A DNA stretch of 64,000 nt from an uncultured Planctomycetota bacterium (lineage in GTDB: Bacteria; Planctomycetota; Planctomycetia; Pirellulales; Lacipirellulaceae), in contig CAVRBU010000004.1 of NCBI GenBank assembly GCA_963719315.1, forward strand, positions 608,001-672,000. Reading direction: 5' to 3'. This document shows, in pieces, positions 59,713 through 64,000 of the stretch. The notes beneath the pieces are model-generated. The model saw only the letters and a program-made list of their open reading frames with translations, searched no databases and was not told the DNA's origin. A program made the position numbers and the translations under genes. The first letter of the stretch is position 1, and each line of letters opens with the position of its first letter.

Positions 59713-60531
59713 CTATGGTTGCCCCAACTTCTCGCGCAGCCATGCCGGTCGATTAGTTGTGATCGACCACGCGCCAAGCTTCGCATAAAACCTGGCAATT
59801 TCCGGATCGTCCACCGTCCAGACACTAAACTCACCGCAGCCGAGCTCTTTCAGACGCTTGATGAATGCCGCGTCGATGTAGTCCGGCACCGCCTCGGCGT
59901 CGAGACCATCGGCATGAATGCGTTGGACCGTCGCGGCAACTTCCTCGGCCGTCAGACGTTTTTTACCGCCAGGCTTTTCCTGCGGAAAGCCGCACAGCCA
60001 CAGCGCTTTGATCTGCGGCATCTGCTTCTTGCATTCGGCGATCGCATCCTCATGAAAGCTAATGAACACGATCTGATCGGGAGAAATCGACGACTTGGCG
60101 ATCACTTTCGCCATCGGGCCGACCAACTCCGGTCCTGACTTTAGTTCAAGAAAGAACTTCTTGCCTGGCGGGACGGCGTCGAGAACTTCATCGAGCGTCG
60201 GAATCTTTTCACCGCGCCATTTCGGATCTTTCCAACTCCCGATATCCAGCGAGCGCAGTTCGTTGAACGGCGCCTTGGTAACCGACAGTTTTTTGCCGGC
60301 GACTCGCTTCGTATCCGCGTCGTGCAGGCACATGATATGCCCGCCCGCGCCGAGCCAATAGTCCCCCTCAAAGCCGTCGGCTCCCTGCTCGATCGCCAGC
60401 TTGTACGAGGCAATCGTATTCTCCGGCGCGTCGTGCGACGCGCCGCGATGACCGATGATGAGTTGCCCGAAGGCCGATGACCCGAACGCACACATAGCGG
60501 CTAGCGCCAAAGCATTGCGATTGATAATCAT
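59713..60531 (-). CDS. Glycerophosphodiester phosphodiesterase
   Basis: IGHRGAS..APENT, EGD, HDADTKR, ELK, WTVDD, ITTNRP. Confidence 0.92.
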   Translation of the reverse strand: MIINRNALALAAMCAFGSSAFGQLIIGHRGASHDAPENTIASYKLAIEQGADGFEGDYWLGAGGHIMCLHDADTKRVAGKKLSVTKAPFNELRSLDIGSWKDPKWRGEKIPTLDEVLDAVPPGKKFFLELKSGPELVGPMAKVIAKSSISPDQIVFISFHEDAIAECKKQMPQIKALWLCGFPQEKPGGKKRLTAEEVAATVQRIHADGLDAEAVPDYIDAAFIKRLKELGCGEFSVWTVDDPEIARFYAKLGAWSITTNRPAWLREKLGQP

Positions 60532-62458
60532 TGGTAGGATATCCGATGCAAGTTAAAAGTACGAGCGAGCCAATCCGACTAGGACGATCCCGGCGATTCG
60601 ACCGGTGGCCGACGATTGTCAGCGCCAAGCCAACAGCAGCTACCTTCAACAATGGCGCAGTGCCCGGTTCCGGCACCACCGCAGCCTGCGCTGAACCCGT
60701 GCCGCCCTGCACGTCGCCATAGTGTTGTCGCCAAATAGCGTAATCGAGTTGGTTGACGAGATGATCGCCGTTGCCGTCGGCAGCAAAGAAGCCTGTCTTT
60801 CCGTTGGTATCGCGCCACACGATATAGTCGGCGGAATCTACGACACCGTCCCGGTTAAAGTCTCCTGCCAAAAAGTCGATCGAGGACATCTCGAATTCAA
60901 ACTCGAAATCGGAGGAAGTGCGGTAGAGATCATGGTACGGTGAATAAGTGCGCACGCGAACGGTTTTCCCATCTTGCAGAAACTCCACAACCCGGAGCCA
61001 GCCGTCGCCACCAAAAGTTTCGAATTGTGTGTTGAAAAACATTTGGTGGACAGAGTTTCCCGCGGTGGCTGTGCTCTTCAGGTAAGCTACTCCATCGCCA
61101 CCAAAGTGGCCATTAAAGACCAATTCGAAATTGTCGTGTTGCTTCACGAATCCTTGCCAGAGTTCTTCGCCGGAATAGTCGGCGGCGACATTCGTCGAAG
61201 TGCTGCGCGTTCCGCCGCTTCCCAAATAATTGTGCGTAAGCAGGACGGCCGAATAATCGGCGTATTGTGGCAGACCGGCGATTTGATTGGCCCAAGCGAC
61301 CGTAGCCGGGCGAGGCTCCCACTCCAACGAGAAGACTAGCATTTTTCGACCGTCGGGCGCCGTGAACGCATAGTAAGCGTTTTGGATATCGCCGGCCGTC
61401 ATCTCGCCTTTGAGAATGCCGCCCTGCGCCGGATCGACAAGTGGGTTGTCGGTAGGCTTGAAATAATTGTTGATCATCGTGTCGCGATTATCGGCATTGG
61501 TAAAGCCGAAATCATGGTTGCCGGCCGCCATGATATAAGGGACAAATCCATTCAAAACGAACATCGACGCTTGGGCGTTTTGCCATTGCTGAGTGCCCGT
61601 TTGATCGCCGGAAGTAGGATTATTAGTATTATTGTTATTAACAATATCGCCTTCCTGAAGTACAGCCTGGATTTTGTAGGCATCGCGATTGTCGCGGATC
61701 CACTGGGTGAGTTGTGTGAAAATCCCTTTGTCGACCGAAGACTTTGCATAGTTCTGAGTATCGGGAAGAACAACCATCGACCAGGCGGCATCTGGCGACG
61801 GCATGAAGGGCGTTTGAGGCACAGTACTCACGAAACCGGGCGACCCATGGTTCTCCCCGTCGGCACTGCGGAACTTGGCGCCATACACTCCGAAGATCGA
61901 TGGTTTCCAGTTCGTGCCGATGTTATTCGCCGTGGAATTGAGGGCCCCCGGCAGTAGAAAAATGCTCTGACCGTCGGAGCCATTCACGCGCGGCCAGCCA
62001 TTGGCGTCGTCGATATTCACGAAATCGCGAAAAACGGAACTGACGTCGCGAATGGCGATCGTTTCATTGGTTGGGGATGGAGTGTTCGCGAGACTAGGAA
62101 AGTTGCTTACCTGAACTCTATTGATACCGGTTCCCCATTCCGCGTCGAAACTCGCGGCGTCTCCCGTCACGACGAGCGCTTGCAAAGGCGGAATCAAGGT
62201 GCCCGCCGGAAAGGGATCGGCATAGTCCCCGTCTTGAGAATCGCCAATCTGCCAACCGCCGATATCGACCACACTCGAGCCGCTGTTGTAGAGCTCGATC
62301 CACTCCCGATAGATGTTGGGAGTAACAGTAGTATCGAGATCAGTACCTTGAGGGTTGTACATGATCTCGCTAATGATAACTTCGGCCCGTGCCGCGGGCT
62401 GAGCAATGCCGGTCAGCGAGATCAGAAGTAGAACGATTCTTGAAAGGCGGCGCCGCAT
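60368..62458 (-). CDS. Lamin-tail domain, calcineurin-like metallophosphoesterase, dockerin-like and PEP-CTERM protein (3' end uncertain)
   Basis: IISEIMYNP..EWIELYN; LPDTQ, GDIV, GNHD, LLTH, GH; GDFNRDGVVDSADY; VPEP. As assembled it reads 164 nt into the GDPD gene. Confidence 0.8.
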   Translation of the reverse strand: MRRRLSRIVLLLISLTGIAQPAARAEVIISEIMYNPQGTDLDTTVTPNIYREWIELYNSGSSVVDIGGWQIGDSQDGDYADPFPAGTLIPPLQALVVTGDAASFDAEWGTGINRVQVSNFPSLANTPSPTNETIAIRDVSSVFRDFVNIDDANGWPRVNGSDGQSIFLLPGALNSTANNIGTNWKPSIFGVYGAKFRSADGENHGSPGFVSTVPQTPFMPSPDAAWSMVVLPDTQNYAKSSVDKGIFTQLTQWIRDNRDAYKIQAVLQEGDIVNNNNTNNPTSGDQTGTQQWQNAQASMFVLNGFVPYIMAAGNHDFGFTNADNRDTMINNYFKPTDNPLVDPAQGGILKGEMTAGDIQNAYYAFTAPDGRKMLVFSLEWEPRPATVAWANQIAGLPQYADYSAVLLTHNYLGSGGTRSTSTNVAADYSGEELWQGFVKQHDNFELVFNGHFGGDGVAYLKSTATAGNSVHQMFFNTQFETFGGDGWLRVVEFLQDGKTVRVRTYSPYHDLYRTSSDFEFEFEMSSIDFLAGDFNRDGVVDSADYIVWRDTNGKTGFFAADGNGDHLVNQLDYAIWRQHYGDVQGGTGSAQAAVVPEPGTAPLLKVAAVGLALTIVGHRSNRRDRPSRIGSLVLLTCIGYPTNDYQSQCFGASRYVCVRVIGLRATHHRSSRRVARRAGEYDCLVQAGDRAGSRRL

Positions 62459-62498
62459 AGGTTCAAGTTCCACAGTGGCTCGTCGACGTCGCGGTGCG

Positions 62499-62936
62499 TT
62501 ACTTCAGCGCGAATGGCGGAATCTCTCCGCCACCTTTTTCGACTTTGGCCGTAAGTTTCGAACTTTCAGGACTCGTGTAGCGACCTCCAAGGCGATCCTT
62601 CGCCTCGAAAATGCCACGGAAGTTGGGCGGAGGTGTTTCCGGCCAAACGATTGTGACCGTATATTCGCCGATGGGCGCACCATCGCCAGCCTCGAACGAT
62701 TCTAATCGAAACTCACCATTAGCATCCGTGGTGCCGGCCGGCGTGGGCGTTTTCAGGTCCGGCCCGGCCGGCGCAGTCGGGTAAAAAACGACTCGTGCAT
62801 CCGCAGCAGGCTGGCCATCGACGAGCACTTTGCCGTGCACCGGATAAACTTTCACCCGGCCTTCGCCTGTGCCGCAACCGGCTGCCGTCACAAGGATCGC
62901 CGATGCCAGAATTACAGAATACTTCAAGACTTGCAT
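62499..62936 (-). CDS. DUF1559-associated lipoprotein (carboxypeptidase-regulatory-like)
   Basis: AAGC lipobox; VHGKVLVDGQP, GTTDANGEF, GAPIGEYTVT. Confidence 0.88.
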   Translation of the reverse strand: MQVLKYSVILASAILVTAAGCGTGEGRVKVYPVHGKVLVDGQPAADARVVFYPTAPAGPDLKTPTPAGTTDANGEFRLESFEAGDGAPIGEYTVTIVWPETPPPNFRGIFEAKDRLGGRYTSPESSKLTAKVEKGGGEIPPFALK

Positions 62937-62965
62937 TCGCCTAATACTGTTCGTTGCGGAAGGCG

Positions 62966-63973
62966 CTACAATTGATCGTCCGCGGCAATATCGTTCGAGT
63001 CGCGGGTAAACAGCGATACAAAAACATCTGGATCAATCGAGGTCGAAATGAAATGCACCGCGCCGTCGCCAAAGCCAAAATACGCGCCACCAACGTGAAA
63101 ACTGTAGATTTCTTCGTTGTTGTTGCAGTTAAAGAAGCTATCGCCGCAACGATCGTGAATGACATACCAATTGGCATTGTCGGCCCAACTCTCGCCGCCT
63201 TGGGTCTCGCCGCTGTTGCCGCCGATGCCCGCAATAACCGCCTGTCCGTCTTTATACCGGACCGGCGCCGCACCAGTCTCGAACCACATCATCGTATTCG
63301 ATAGTCCATCGGTCGTGGACTTCAGGCGCGCATATTCGCTTATGGTCTTGGTGTAGTCGGCTTCATTCCAAAGCACACTGTAATACCCTCCCTTGGAATT
63401 GGGGCGCGCGATTACTTTCTTGGCTTTGATCATCTCGTCGAGTGCCTTGCCGCTTGCGTTGCTGAAAGCATCGCAAACGCGATAATCGATGGCTCCGGGC
63501 GTCTCGTTGCGCGGTTCCGGTACGGTCGGACAACGAAAGACGTTGACGCGAATCTGGTTGATCTCGTGGTTGCTACGCGCCTGATTGGGTGCTTTTGCCG
63601 TCTCGTCCCAGTTCAAATCGAAACTATATTGGTCAGCCAGGGCCGTTTCTTCGATGTACGGCAACAGGTAGGACAACGTCGAATGCCCAACTGCGTTTTT
63701 CTTGACCGGGTTGGTAGGATCTGGTTTCAATTCGATCCACTTCGAAGGCGGTAGTACCTTGCGCTGCGTTTCATAATTGAGCGTAGCCAACCCGATTTGC
63801 TTCATGTTGCTCTGGCATTGAGCACGTCGTGCCGCTTCGCGCGCAGCCTGGATCGCCGGAAGAAGCAGGGCGACGAGAATACCAATGATGGCGATGACGA
63901 CCAGCAGCTCGACCAACGTAAAGCCAGTCGAGCTGCCCGCTGCCCCGGTCGTCCTGCAACATTTAGATTGCAT
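62966..63973 (-). CDS. DUF1559 prepilin-like protein
   Basis: [51 protein letters not shown]. Confidence 0.92.
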   Translation of the reverse strand: MQSKCCRTTGAAGSSTGFTLVELLVVIAIIGILVALLLPAIQAAREAARRAQCQSNMKQIGLATLNYETQRKVLPPSKWIELKPDPTNPVKKNAVGHSTLSYLLPYIEETALADQYSFDLNWDETAKAPNQARSNHEINQIRVNVFRCPTVPEPRNETPGAIDYRVCDAFSNASGKALDEMIKAKKVIARPNSKGGYYSVLWNEADYTKTISEYARLKSTTDGLSNTMMWFETGAAPVRYKDGQAVIAGIGGNSGETQGGESWADNANWYVIHDRCGDSFFNCNNNEEIYSFHVGGAYFGFGDGAVHFISTSIDPDVFVSLFTRDSNDIAADDQL

Positions 63974-64000
63974 GGTTTTGCACCCTTTGAGTTTGGTTGT

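Noticed and set aside
1..64000. tRNA, rRNA or riboswitch
   Set aside because: None recognised by eye; an Infernal/Rfam scan would be needed to exclude small RNAs.

Overview
GC-rich bacterial DNA, most likely a planctomycete (Pirellulales, Lacipirellulaceae-like). This is inferred from four DUF1559 prepilin-like genes, many PEP-CTERM proteins with dockerin-like tails, a LEPR-XLL protein, and DUF1080/HEAT/Gfo genes. Layout: (1) 1-7.7 kb: TolC, two membrane-fusion proteins and an M50 peptidase-HlyD fusion, with no ABC or RND pump in view. (2) 8.8-10.4 kb: ISKra4-family IS with terminal inverted repeats. (3) 10.5-32 kb: surface-protein island with a secreted amidase, repeated PEP-CTERM/DUF1559/lipoprotein modules, a GH-A clan hydrolase and a GH25 muramidase, broken up by three kinds of miniature inverted-repeat elements (one nested) and two orphan PEP-CTERM tails. 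(4) 32-48.4 kb: a co-directional 12-gene peptidoglycan breakdown/uptake cluster (GHL10/DigH-like, AmpG with a large insert, NagZ, DUF1611, Ala-Glu epimerase, double penicillin-binding-domain fusion, M19, M14 fusion, SpmA/B, LdcA, Ala symporter). This is the best candidate for a little-described system: a peptidoglycan foraging/recycling locus. (5) 48.5-64 kb: sugar-catabolism genes interrupted by an HNH nuclease, then GDPD, an LTD-metallophosphatase and a fourth DUF1559 module. About ten genes are split by 1-2 nt indels, almost all at GCGC, which are probably sequencing artefacts. No rRNA, tRNA or CRISPR array was recognised. All calls come from reading motifs by eye; no searches were run.
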